The notes below the pieces were generated by a model, which made no database searches, had not been told where the DNA came from, and worked only from the letters and a program-made list of their open reading frames with translations. This document shows, in pieces, positions 46,992-56,684 of a stretch of 64,000 bases of DNA (within the stretch, counting starts at the first letter, position 1; every line of letters begins with the position of its first letter). The DNA lies in the IMG/VR virus record IMGVR_UViG_3300048997_000130, positions 32,001 through 96,000 of that record; one strand, written 5' to 3'. Source of the DNA: a virus. The position numbers and the translations under genes are program-made.

Positions 46992-48335
46992 ATGACGCAT
47001 AGATCAGCCAATATCTTCTGTCTTACCGATTCAGAAGGGAGATTATTATCTCCAGCTGTACAAGCTACTGTACTAGCAAAATATTCAAGATCCCCATTAT
47101 CAGCTCAAGAATTACTTGCGCAGTTAACTGAAGAAGAAGCTGATAAATTCCAAAGCAAATGGGTTGTTGGATATGGTCATGACTCCGTTGCAGAATTGGC
47201 AACAATACCAATATGTTTAGAAGGTGTATCTATCATAGCTTCCAAGATTCTAGAGTCTTGGCCGCGCGCGGCTTATTCTGAAAAAAGCACTCGATATCAA
47301 ATTTTTTCGAAGGATTCGTTTGTTACGCCTCCTGGCGCTCCTGATACAATGAAACAGTTCGCCGGACGATTTTACGAAGCTTATGCTGCATTAAATGTTC
47401 GAATGATTCGTAAAATCGCCGAACTTGTAGGTGATGATCCGGAAAATCCTAAAACAACTACTAAGGCACGAGCGTTCGATAACGTCCGTTATTTGCTGCC
47501 AGCCGGAACTGGCACTAACGTGGCTGCTGCAATGAACTTACGTGACGTGCGCGACATGATAACAACGTTGCGCGGTCATACCAATAGTGAATTCAAAGCC
47601 ATTGGTGAAGGAGTTTATACTGCTGCCATGAGGATGGCTCCGGCACTCATCAAATATACTGAACCCGATACTTTTTCATTACCAGTTAAAAGCTTAGGAG
47701 CAATAAACTCGGCATTCTCATATGAACATCCACAGCCGTGCGTCAATATTTATAATTCAGAATGCATATCTGATCCTCAAATGGAAATGTCCATTTTTAA
47801 AGCCGCTGTCCAAGATAGACATACTATGAATTGGGAAACATTTAATCAACACATGTTATCTCGACCTTCTCATGCTGGAGTCCCAGATATTTTTAAAACT
47901 ATCAAAATCTCGTTCGAAATTATTATGGATTATGGCGCATTCCGCGATTTACAAAGGCATCGGCGTTGTGATCAATTCACAGAACCCTTCCGATCCGATT
48001 ATGGATATGTGGTCCCTGAAGATATAGTGGGAACCGATTTGGAACCGGATTATCGGTCAGCCATGGAATCTCTATCGTCATATCAAGACGAACGCGTAGT
48101 CCACGATCCGGATTGGTTCCAATATATGATTCCGCTTGGATATTTACATAGATCAATCTTTCAAATGGATTTGAAAGAACTCTATTACATAACTGAACTT
48201 CGTACTAAACCACAGGGACATATTTCGTATAGAAGAATTGCTTATGAAATATATCTGTTAGCACAACAGCGATTCCCGGAGCTTATGCAATGGTGTCGTG
48301 TTGTTAAGCCCGAATCTGTAGGTTTACATACATGA
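46992..48335 (+). CDS. thyX: FAD-dependent thymidylate synthase, double-domain (Thy1/ThyX) type
   Basis: AKYSRS, GYGHDSVAELA, EKSTRY, FDNVRYLLP, second-domain DYGAFRDLQRHR; start MTHRS at 46992. Confidence 0.88.
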   Translation: MTHRSANIFCLTDSEGRLLSPAVQATVLAKYSRSPLSAQELLAQLTEEEADKFQSKWVVGYGHDSVAELATIPICLEGVSIIASKILESWPRAAYSEKSTRYQIFSKDSFVTPPGAPDTMKQFAGRFYEAYAALNVRMIRKIAELVGDDPENPKTTTKARAFDNVRYLLPAGTGTNVAAAMNLRDVRDMITTLRGHTNSEFKAIGEGVYTAAMRMAPALIKYTEPDTFSLPVKSLGAINSAFSYEHPQPCVNIYNSECISDPQMEMSIFKAAVQDRHTMNWETFNQHMLSRPSHAGVPDIFKTIKISFEIIMDYGAFRDLQRHRRCDQFTEPFRSDYGYVVPEDIVGTDLEPDYRSAMESLSSYQDERVVHDPDWFQYMIPLGYLHRSIFQMDLKELYYITELRTKPQGHISYRRIAYEIYLLAQQRFPELMQWCRVVKPESVGLHT

Positions 48336-48559
48336 AAGATATCAATACACCTGGATTTCTATCATTCGAACTCAGTGGACCAGTTTGTGGAATAAAGGAA
48401 TGTTCAGGTGTATTGATATATAATATCGATTTAAATACCAAAAAGTCTTTTTATCGTTGTTCTGAATGTAAAACCGAATTCGATAGACAATCTGAGTTGT
48501 ATAAAAAACAAAAAGAAACTTTGGAACTCTTAATAAGTTTATTAATAATTATTTTATGA
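48332..48559 (+). CDS. small zinc-ribbon protein
   Basis: CGIKEC and CSEC pairs. Confidence 0.5.
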   Translation: MKDINTPGFLSFELSGPVCGIKECSGVLIYNIDLNTKKSFYRCSECKTEFDRQSELYKKQKETLELLISLLIIIL

Positions 48560-48777
48560 GAGTCCATATATTCGGAACGCACTTTGTAAATAGGTTCCCG
48601 AATATTCGATTTTCAGAAGAACAATTTGAAGCAATTTGGTTATGTAGTCGCTGTCATTATCGAGTGTCTCGATTTTATTTGATTGACTGTCGGGTCATCG
48701 ACAATCCGCAGCGACTTGTTCCAGAAGAATATAGAGATTGCGATGTTGAAATTGCCCGCCGTATCATGACGAGCTAA
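48556..48777 (+). CDS. small protein with C-terminal IMxS motif
   Basis: CSRC pair; ends CDVEIARRIMTS. Confidence 0.6.
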   Translation: MRVHIFGTHFVNRFPNIRFSEEQFEAIWLCSRCHYRVSRFYLIDCRVIDNPQRLVPEEYRDCDVEIARRIMTS

Positions 48778-49701
48778 TCATATGCTAAAAAATTGATGAA
48801 CCCATCCTTTAATTGTTACCCAATGTTGAATTATCCATTGAGCAGCTGTTCCAACTGCTGCTAAAGTGGAAAGCGGGATAGTAATCTTACGTGAAATCCC
48901 TTTACTGGCTTTGTCCGTCTGATTTTGGATCGATTGAATAGCAATATCAGTCGAATTTTTAATATGGGTTTCAAAAGCGTCCATGCGCCGATCATGGATT
49001 ACATTAGTAGTAATTAATTTTAAAATTTCTTCAGTATGTCTGGCTTGAGAATCTTCATAATCGCTGAATGTTTTCTTGATTTGAGTTTGTACAGCCAATG
49101 AAGTATCTCTAGAAATACCAGCATGTTCTAATGCATTCTTTGCAGCAGTCTTAACATTTTCTACACTGTTTTCGATTTTAGTTAAATGATTTTGTAAACC
49201 TTGGACTTCACGACCAAGTCCCTGAATTTTTCCTTCTGTTGATTTAGTTAAATGTCCAAGCCTATTATTTAACTCCCATTGACGATTTAAAGCTTCCATT
49301 TGCATTTTCATAAATGCAAATGTATGGCCTCCATCTTCAGTATTATTGATGCATTCGACTTGCATCCAATATATTGGAGCTTCGAGCTTAAAGAATGTGT
49401 TATACCACCATATTATTGTATTATTTAATGATTTACTTGGCCAAATAAAATATTGTTGAGGATCCCCAGTTAATGTATTCTGAATCGCTATTCGTAATTG
49501 ATCATGGAACTGAGGTTGGATAAATTCAAATATAGATAGAGATTGCAGTTTAGATAAATCACATCCAAGTTTGGTTAATACGAAATCGTTTGCCCAAGTG
49601 AATCGTTCTTGATCCAGATTGACTTCGAACATACCTTTATCAGTTAGAGATCTCCCATGAGATCGCATGGTTAAGATAGTGCTATCCATCTTATGTTTCA
49701 T
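48778..49701 (-). CDS. PAS-domain + coiled-coil + C-terminal membrane helix protein
   Basis: GMFEVNLDQERFTWANDFVLTKLGC...SIFEFIQPQFHDQL (PAS), long heptad region, hydrophobic ITIPLSTLAAVGTAAQWII. Confidence 0.65.
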   Translation of the reverse strand: MKHKMDSTILTMRSHGRSLTDKGMFEVNLDQERFTWANDFVLTKLGCDLSKLQSLSIFEFIQPQFHDQLRIAIQNTLTGDPQQYFIWPSKSLNNTIIWWYNTFFKLEAPIYWMQVECINNTEDGGHTFAFMKMQMEALNRQWELNNRLGHLTKSTEGKIQGLGREVQGLQNHLTKIENSVENVKTAAKNALEHAGISRDTSLAVQTQIKKTFSDYEDSQARHTEEILKLITTNVIHDRRMDAFETHIKNSTDIAIQSIQNQTDKASKGISRKITIPLSTLAAVGTAAQWIIQHWVTIKGWVHQFFSI

Positions 49702-49779
49702 GGCTTTTATGTTTCATGTTGATAAAAGCCTCCGAAATCCATCCCAATAATACTCCAATACAGTTGGTATTGTCACGAC

Positions 49780-50133
49780 ATGGCGTCATCAATACCTAAC
49801 CGATTAATTATGCAATGTGATAAATGCAGAGTTGCTCAACATTGCCAAAAGCAAGGTTCAAGCCCGCTCTATAATAATACTACGATGTTGTTATGTAGAA
49901 TCGTAGGGGGATATGGGAAAGAGCCAGTTCCTCTTGCTATTTTATCTGAATCTAGTAAAAAGTTGGTTGAAGAACACGGTCCATGTCTTACGATTGCAGA
50001 GATCCCGATTCGAGATGAAGCTTCAGGAGACGTTTATTTCGAAACCATTAAGATTTTCCATGAACCAATATTACATGAAAGAGAAAAGACAAATTTCCAC
50101 TTGGATATGTTATATCCAAGAAGCCATAATTAA
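49780..50133 (+). CDS. Cys-rich hypothetical protein
   Basis: CDKC...C...C...C pattern in 117 aa. Confidence 0.55.
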   Translation: MASSIPNRLIMQCDKCRVAQHCQKQGSSPLYNNTTMLLCRIVGGYGKEPVPLAILSESSKKLVEEHGPCLTIAEIPIRDEASGDVYFETIKIFHEPILHEREKTNFHLDMLYPRSHN

Positions 50134-50138
50134 AGAAA

Positions 50139-50732
50139 TTAATCTATAATTAATTCTCGGAGTCTGGATTTTATGTATTCCATTCGTTTTTCATAATCCA
50201 AGTGATTTTTACGATATACTCGAATTATATTTTGCGATAAATTTGCTTGCTCGAAATCTTGATTCCAAGGTTGATCTAACATCAACACTAGACCACGAGG
50301 TCTCCATTCTAACCATCGAGTGATATATGGAGGCCAATCATCAAACAAAACTTTCCCATATTGACCACCTTTATCTTGTGTAATAGTTACACTAGCATCA
50401 GGGAGATGTTCCATACACCATTCATATTTTTCAGTCCACGCTGTACTACACCGCTTAGGTCCTTTAGTTAAGACAACCAAAATAAATTGCAATTCTCTGA
50501 ATAAATCAATTATTTTTATGCCTTCTTCAATGAGAGGAAGACTTTTCCAATATCCAGGATTATTTTTAATCAACTCCATTCGGCGCTCAATATAATCAGG
50601 AGCTCCTTCTATCTTGGTAACTGGTGATTCAAATGGAGAACGCAGTTCTTCCAATTTAGCTAACATAGTGGAATTATAATCCACCATGGTCCCATCCATA
50701 TCAATCAAAGCGATGAGTTCAGATTTTTTCAT
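50139..50732 (-). CDS. HAD-family 5'(3')-deoxyribonucleotidase (NT5C-like)
   Basis: IDMDGTMVD motif I, ILVVLTK motif II, K..W motif III, LFDD motif IV, DQPWN. Confidence 0.8.
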   Translation of the reverse strand: MKKSELIALIDMDGTMVDYNSTMLAKLEELRSPFESPVTKIEGAPDYIERRMELIKNNPGYWKSLPLIEEGIKIIDLFRELQFILVVLTKGPKRCSTAWTEKYEWCMEHLPDASVTITQDKGGQYGKVLFDDWPPYITRWLEWRPRGLVLMLDQPWNQDFEQANLSQNIIRVYRKNHLDYEKRMEYIKSRLRELIID

Positions 50733-50767
50733 TTTAATTTAATGAAAAAATACAATTTGGAATAAGC

Positions 50768-51115
50768 TTAATTACTAAATAACACTGGCAGATATTCAGG
50801 AATAGAATAATCTGGAGTTTCTCTCCATCCAGATTTTTTCCCATCAGGAACCATTTGCATCACTTGTAGACGAGATTGTAATCGAATATGATCTGTGACA
50901 ATTATAACACCTGCACAAGTTTCTCCACGTATTTCCGATGGACAAATATTCCCAGATAACGAATAGGTTATACCTATTATTCCTTCACGAGAAGATTCTG
51001 CAATTATCCAAGATCGAATATCATCATTCGGACTGGTGGCTTTTATCCAGCCAGTCCGAGTATATAAAAAACCTTCAGAAGCAATCTCTGTACATGGATG
51101 ACCTTCATCCAGCAA
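50768..51115 (-). CDS. hypothetical protein
   Basis: 115-aa ORF. Confidence 0.5.
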   Translation of the reverse strand: MLDEGHPCTEIASEGFLYTRTGWIKATSPNDDIRSWIIAESSREGIIGITYSLSGNICPSEIRGETCAGVIIVTDHIRLQSRLQVMQMVPDGKKSGWRETPDYSIPEYLPVLFSN

Positions 51116-51165
51116 TTTATCGATTGCTGACTTTAAAAAGGAAATTCGGGCGTCAAACGTAGAAA

Positions 51166-51408
51166 TCAGTGATTTGATTTCTTGTGAGAATTATGTAGAT
51201 CGTCTAAAGCCGATCCAAAAGCTTCCGTATCGCCTTCGCCAAAAGCTTTATTCACTGCATCCAGTTTATGTTTCACCATGTTCAATCCGGGTTTTGACAT
51301 CGGAAGAGCTTGATGTTCTTGTGGAGCTGGAGCTGAATGCTCCGGCATATCGTCCTGAGCTTTGATGAATCGAGTAGCAACACGTGATGCGAGCTTAGAT
51401 AATTCCAT
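51166..51408 (-). CDS. small hypothetical protein
   Basis: 80 aa; N-terminal LSKLASRVATRFIKA. Confidence 0.55.
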   Translation of the reverse strand: MELSKLASRVATRFIKAQDDMPEHSAPAPQEHQALPMSKPGLNMVKHKLDAVNKAFGEGDTEAFGSALDDLHNSHKKSNH

Positions 51409-51568
51409 GTCATTCTTAAATTATCAAAAGTTTACTGAATTAAATAATACATTTCGAATCAATTCCATGCGCATATGTTGGTAATGTGAATGGCCAAGAA
51501 TATATTATTTATTTGATTATAGAAAATGTCTGTTTGATAAATAATCAACCTCTAGTAATTATTAGTAA

Positions 51569-52180
51569 TTGGAGAACTCAACCATGAAAAAGCCCAGTTG
51601 GTTTAGGCCTATTGATTTCCTATCTTTTGCATTACCTGGTGTTGTCCTAATTGGTCTCACCATTTATGCTATGATTGCCGGTGCCGATGCTCCCAAAGGT
51701 GGAATTTGGGGTTGCTGGTTAGTAGCATTTAGCTTCGTAGCGATTTGGGGCCGATTCTGCTGGCTTCGAAAGAAGTGGCTTGATGAATTTACATGGTATC
51801 CAACGTACGGCGTCATGATGCATCCAGGAGCTGGTTATAAATTACCGTCTCCAGAATATTTGGATTCGACAATACAAGCTATTGTGAAGAAATGGACAGT
51901 ATTTTTCCCAAATGCTGAGAGCGCTTTGTTATCTGATGTAAATTGGTGCTGGTTTAAGAAAAATCTTAACGAGACTCCGATGAATCCGGCTGGAAGGAAA
52001 GTTAACGGTTTTACGATTCCTGGTAGCCATGAATTTGAAGTGGATTATGATACGGATACGCAAAATTTAGTCCAGACTGCTTTTCCACATGAACTTGGAC
52101 ATGTAATAATGGGGAATTCGACTGGCAAATGGGATCAAGATACGCATCATAACTTCATGAAAGAACACGGATTGCAATAA
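51569..52180 (+). CDS. membrane-anchored zinc metallopeptidase-like protein
   Basis: Two N-terminal TM helices and HELGH (HExxH); GGAG SD upstream. Confidence 0.65.
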   Translation: MENSTMKKPSWFRPIDFLSFALPGVVLIGLTIYAMIAGADAPKGGIWGCWLVAFSFVAIWGRFCWLRKKWLDEFTWYPTYGVMMHPGAGYKLPSPEYLDSTIQAIVKKWTVFFPNAESALLSDVNWCWFKKNLNETPMNPAGRKVNGFTIPGSHEFEVDYDTDTQNLVQTAFPHELGHVIMGNSTGKWDQDTHHNFMKEHGLQ

Positions 52181-52269
52181 TTTTGTAATTGTAAATTGTA
52201 TATGGAATTGCCCGATCATAATTTTCATGATCGGGCAATTCCATATTTAACATAAGTATAGTAGCCAAT

Positions 52270-53181
52270 ATGGAATTGCCCAAACATTTTATGGTATGTA
52301 TATCAGGATATTCTGGAACTGGAAAAGACGAGGTTGCCAAAAGATTAATAGCGAAATTCGGAGCTTTCCAAACAGGACTCGCAGATCCAGCCAAGCGCCA
52401 TATGGCGGATTTATATGGATTTAGTGAAGACCAATTATTCGGTCCTTCGGCTTCTCGAAATGCCGGAGATCTTAGATATCCTAAAGATTCATTTTTTGAT
52501 AAGAATTTGACAGTATCTGAATTCTGTTCTGAGAATTATCCGAAAGATTTGATCGGAAACTTAGAACCAGGAGTTATTTATTGGCAAAGTTCTGGTCGCG
52601 GATTCCATCTTCCTAATAAACCGGCGCTTCCATATATACCACTACGTTTAGGAAGTGGTATAACACTAATTCCGGATAGGCATCCATATTTTTGGCTATC
52701 GCCTCGTGAAGCATTACAAAAATACTGTGAAATCATGAATTCAATGTATTTAGATACCTGGATTCGTAAAGGTATTGAAATCCATAAAAAATTAGCAGAG
52801 TTAGATACTAATAACAAAATATTTACTTATAAATATTCGCCTATGCTTGGGTTAGAATTCAATACTTTAGGTACACGACATCGAGCGGTTGGGAATAGTC
52901 CCATCATCACTTGTTTTGCTGATTTCCGGCATAAGCACGAAATTAATTTAACTCGCAAGACTACAGATTTGATTCCTGTCCTTGTTCGGATTAAAAGGCC
53001 TTCTGTTCCCGATCCACCATATGATCATAGATCAGAAGTTGAACAATCAACCATTCCAGATTCAGTATTCGATTTTATAATCAATAATGATAGCACATTG
53101 GAGAATCTATGGACCAATATCGATAATATGGTGGATGATTTCACAGCATCTCAATGGGAATCTTCAGGAGACACACTATGA
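52270..53181 (+). CDS. deoxynucleoside monophosphate kinase (T4 gp1-like)
   Basis: GYSGTGKD P-loop, ADPAK, SPREALQ, ADFRHKHE, VRIKRP, HRSE, DFIINND. Confidence 0.85.
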   Translation: MELPKHFMVCISGYSGTGKDEVAKRLIAKFGAFQTGLADPAKRHMADLYGFSEDQLFGPSASRNAGDLRYPKDSFFDKNLTVSEFCSENYPKDLIGNLEPGVIYWQSSGRGFHLPNKPALPYIPLRLGSGITLIPDRHPYFWLSPREALQKYCEIMNSMYLDTWIRKGIEIHKKLAELDTNNKIFTYKYSPMLGLEFNTLGTRHRAVGNSPIITCFADFRHKHEINLTRKTTDLIPVLVRIKRPSVPDPPYDHRSEVEQSTIPDSVFDFIINNDSTLENLWTNIDNMVDDFTASQWESSGDTL

Positions 53182-54164
53182 AACTTACCGCTGATAATTT
53201 AGTACCATTTACCCACCAAGCTCTTGAACAAATAGAAATAATTTATACGCACGCATCATGTCCGGATGGTACATCAGCTGCAATGATAGCAGCTGCAGCC
53301 TTTGCATCGATTGGGAAATATCCAGCGATTAAGACCATTCAATATGGGACGGAAGAACATTTTCAATTGCTTCCAACTCCCAATACTCTATTTATTGATA
53401 TTACGCCACATATTAATAACTGGAAATCATGGGAATCATATTCACCCATAATTCTCGATCACCATATAACTGCTCGAGATGTTACGTTAGGATTAAATGG
53501 GATTTATGGCGGGACTGATGATTCAGGAGCAACGTTAGCTTATAAATATGTTATGCTACAGTTATGTCCGTTTATTGCTGAAGAATGGAAAGAATTTGCA
53601 TATCTATCGATGGTCAGAGATACTTGGAAAAAGGACCTATCTGAATGGCCGAAGGCTCAAGCTCTGTCTCAAGCTCTGATATTTTATAATATCAATGAAT
53701 TGATTGAAAAAGTTCGTAATGGAACCATTGATTTTGATCCATTTTATTCATTAGGATATTTATTGATTAAGCGTGCACTAGATAAAGCTGAATTATTAGC
53801 CAAAGGCGCTTCATTGGCTTACTTAGTTGTCGATGATCATAAATACAAAATCGGATTTTTCAATTGCACTGAAAAATTGATATCTGAAACTGGAAATCAT
53901 TTGATAGAAGCGCACGATTGTGACATGGCTGTCGGTTATTTTTATTTACATGAAGATAATTGTGACAAAGTTGTCGTATCTTTGCGTTCTAAAGCTGGCG
54001 GAGACATTGCCGTAAATGTCATAACAGAACAGTTCGGGGGCGGTGGACATGCGGCTGCAGCAGGTTTTTCGTTGAAAGATTCAACTACTTTAAGTCTTAA
54101 AAATTTACAAGATTTGATTATTGGAAAGCTTTATAACCTCCTTGTTGAAAATCAAAGGAAATGA
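53178..54164 (+). CDS. DHH/DHHA1 phosphoesterase
   Basis: HASCPDG, FIDI, ILDHH, GGGHAAAAG. Confidence 0.88.
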   Translation: MKLTADNLVPFTHQALEQIEIIYTHASCPDGTSAAMIAAAAFASIGKYPAIKTIQYGTEEHFQLLPTPNTLFIDITPHINNWKSWESYSPIILDHHITARDVTLGLNGIYGGTDDSGATLAYKYVMLQLCPFIAEEWKEFAYLSMVRDTWKKDLSEWPKAQALSQALIFYNINELIEKVRNGTIDFDPFYSLGYLLIKRALDKAELLAKGASLAYLVVDDHKYKIGFFNCTEKLISETGNHLIEAHDCDMAVGYFYLHEDNCDKVVVSLRSKAGGDIAVNVITEQFGGGGHAAAAGFSLKDSTTLSLKNLQDLIIGKLYNLLVENQRK

Positions 54165-54961
54165 AATGTAGCATTTCTGTACTAACTTCTCCCCAAGAAC
54201 TTAAGAACTATTTTGGTAAAGGTGAGGTATGGAAAAAGGCATTATGGTCGGATGACGGAGCATTTGATGGAGAATCTGATTCATTTTTGGTTCAGTTTAA
54301 ACCTTCGCATATAGAATATAAAGTCGATATTTATGCGATAGATGATCCAACAGATTCTGAAGAAATCATAACTACTAATCCGACCAAAGAACTGGTCAAA
54401 TTCTTGAGTAATGGGGTTCCGGGCGGAGAACACCTTGAAAGAGCTGCAACGAGCCCTTCTGAATTTGCTCAATTGCTCAGATATTTATCCGAAGAAGAAC
54501 CTTCTTCGAACGTACTTAGACGGGTAGCGATACTTCCTGATCAAAGATTAACTCGACAAGTGTTAGCTAGAGTTGTAAGTTTAGCTACAGACACGCAAGA
54601 TGCTGAACTTGATAAAATCAAAGAAGAAATGAAACGGAAGGGGTGGAAAGTGTGGACAGATATTGAAAATAACCACACTCAATTACATGTAGATATATCA
54701 GGGATCTACGAAGCTACTATTGCTGTTGAACAATGTTTGTATGAATACAAATTTTCATTACGAGATAGATCTGATATTGAAGATAGTGGCACGACAGATG
54801 ATCCAATAAAATCCTTTAAGAAATTTTATCGTGACGAAAAAGTGGAAGAATCTAGAAAAGACGCACAACATGAGCGAAAAGAAAAAGCTCGCGAGCAAGA
54901 TGATGTTAAAACAGTTGCTCCTCCACCCAAACGCAAATATGTAGAGGAAATTCCAGCATGA
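54161..54961 (+). CDS. hypothetical protein with two similar domains
   Basis: IEYKVDI...EEIITTNPTKELVKF resembles YEYKFSL...DSGTTDDPIKSFKKF. Confidence 0.55.
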   Translation: MKCSISVLTSPQELKNYFGKGEVWKKALWSDDGAFDGESDSFLVQFKPSHIEYKVDIYAIDDPTDSEEIITTNPTKELVKFLSNGVPGGEHLERAATSPSEFAQLLRYLSEEEPSSNVLRRVAILPDQRLTRQVLARVVSLATDTQDAELDKIKEEMKRKGWKVWTDIENNHTQLHVDISGIYEATIAVEQCLYEYKFSLRDRSDIEDSGTTDDPIKSFKKFYRDEKVEESRKDAQHERKEKAREQDDVKTVAPPPKRKYVEEIPA

Positions 54962-55185
54962 GCTTATGGGATCCGCCAAAACAAGATAGTGAATTAACAG
55001 AAGAAGAAAAGAATTCGCGAGACCGAATGAATGCGGCTCTGGCTAAAGCTGGCAATACTTTGAAAAGTATGACTGAAGTTGAAATCATCCAACTAAAGAA
55101 AAATGTTGAAGAAAGAAATCAGGATCGTTTAAAAGCATATCGGACTAAAATATCCATGCAAACATGGTTCAAAAGATTAGATTAG
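54958..55185 (+). CDS. hypothetical protein
   Basis: 75-aa ORF with ATGA overlap. Confidence 0.5.
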   Translation: MSLWDPPKQDSELTEEEKNSRDRMNAALAKAGNTLKSMTEVEIIQLKKNVEERNQDRLKAYRTKISMQTWFKRLD

Positions 55186-55221
55186 TAATTTCGAATATGC
55201 GTCGGATTCGAAATTACTGTT

Positions 55222-55590
55222 ATGCAGAAATACAAAAGACTGCGAACATGGGCTTTGAAAGAAGCCCGATTACCAGCATTTAGTATAATCTGGGCATTAA
55301 TTCCAGAACTCCGAAAATTTGTTACGGAATGTTGTATAGATATCGGAGTAGATCATATTCCACTAAATCACAAAGATTTCCAAAATTGTATAATTGTTCT
55401 CAATATAATTCCGGGTAGTCGTTCTAGATTATTTGAAATTCCTACTATTTTCCCGACTTGGAAAATAATAATCAATAATTGGGAAAAATTGGAAATCGTG
55501 TGTTCCAATAATAATGATATAGCACAGTTCAACGACATAATGACAAGATTGTTGTTAGAATCTCAATATGGAAAAATCCAAGTTCGTTAG
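55222..55590 (+). CDS. hypothetical protein
   Basis: 122-aa ORF. Confidence 0.5.
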   Translation: MQKYKRLRTWALKEARLPAFSIIWALIPELRKFVTECCIDIGVDHIPLNHKDFQNCIIVLNIIPGSRSRLFEIPTIFPTWKIIINNWEKLEIVCSNNNDIAQFNDIMTRLLLESQYGKIQVR

Positions 55591-55978
55591 ACCCGGAGAA
55601 TTCTCGGTAACTATTAATCAATATAAACGGGCCGATTTATTAATGAATTTGGTTGATTGGTACCAAATCATTAAATGTTTGACAGAAAAGATTCGGCGAT
55701 TGACTTGGGCATCAGATCCTACGCCATTAGTATTCGCAGAAATCCATCGAACAGCTCGTTTGGCTTTTGAAATTTCCAAAGCTGAACCTGATGATCAGTG
55801 TAAACTCACTGATTTATCTAAAGCGGACTGGGAATTAATAATTCGACTACCTTGTTTAAAAGCTCCAGTGTTTAAGAAACTGGACGTATATACCGAAGCA
55901 TTGCGCAACGATGATGATGTAGATCCGTCAACTGCTGATAAATTAGTAAAAGGATTAACAGAAGTCTTCGAATCTTGA
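55568..55978 (+). CDS. hypothetical protein ending LTEVFES
   Basis: 136-aa ORF; C-terminus resembles the IMxS family. Confidence 0.55.
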   Translation: MEKSKFVRPGEFSVTINQYKRADLLMNLVDWYQIIKCLTEKIRRLTWASDPTPLVFAEIHRTARLAFEISKAEPDDQCKLTDLSKADWELIIRLPCLKAPVFKKLDVYTEALRNDDDVDPSTADKLVKGLTEVFES

Positions 55979-56668
55979 TCAACGAGCGCCTGATTCTCGT
56001 ATAGCTAGCGTTCCAAAATGGCTGGCTGAATACCAAAATATTAAATCTACTATGCCGAGTGGCATTCCTTCCGGACGTACGTTCCTACACATAGTTATTG
56101 GATCTGCTATATTCCAATATTTGGCTAATCTAACAAGATGTAAATCAGGTTTTACGAATTCAAGCAATCCGATATTCCTAGCCAAATGATAACAAGTTAT
56201 CTTCCCGATATATGGAAGTTTTTGCAGCAATTCCGGTTGGGATAAATAATCCGATTTATATTTATCCCAACCAAATACATCAATTCCATCTTGTAATAAT
56301 TTAGAATTCATCCAGATAGCTTTGGCTTTTTGAGGATTATTACATACTCTCAAAACGGGCTCCAGGGCTTCGTTGGATTCTTTCTTGGAAAGTACGCTCC
56401 AATGTCCATACGCTGGAATTAATCGGGCCATCATTTTTCCTACCTGTTTAGCAGAAAATCCAGTAGCATGGACTACCCATATATATTCCAAAAAATACCT
56501 ATCAGGATTGATTTCCTCGAATCGTATTTCAGAAAATTGTTGGAGTTCTTCCGAATAGAATTCGAGAACAAATTGATAAGCTTTATTGAAATAAAGCTGA
56601 GGGCCCGCCGTATGATCAGGCTTCCAATATTCTAGTTGATCGATATTTAATGTTTTATGTGGCTCCAA
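55979..56668 (-). CDS. HhH-GPD superfamily DNA glycosylase (Ogg2-like)
   Basis: FLEYIWVVHATGFS, HhH LQKLPYIGKITCYHLARNIG, conserved Asp in KPDLHLVR. Confidence 0.7.
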   Translation of the reverse strand: MEPHKTLNIDQLEYWKPDHTAGPQLYFNKAYQFVLEFYSEELQQFSEIRFEEINPDRYFLEYIWVVHATGFSAKQVGKMMARLIPAYGHWSVLSKKESNEALEPVLRVCNNPQKAKAIWMNSKLLQDGIDVFGWDKYKSDYLSQPELLQKLPYIGKITCYHLARNIGLLEFVKPDLHLVRLAKYWNIADPITMCRNVRPEGMPLGIVDLIFWYSASHFGTLAIRESGAR

Positions 56669-56684
56669 TGTTCCTTAATATACA

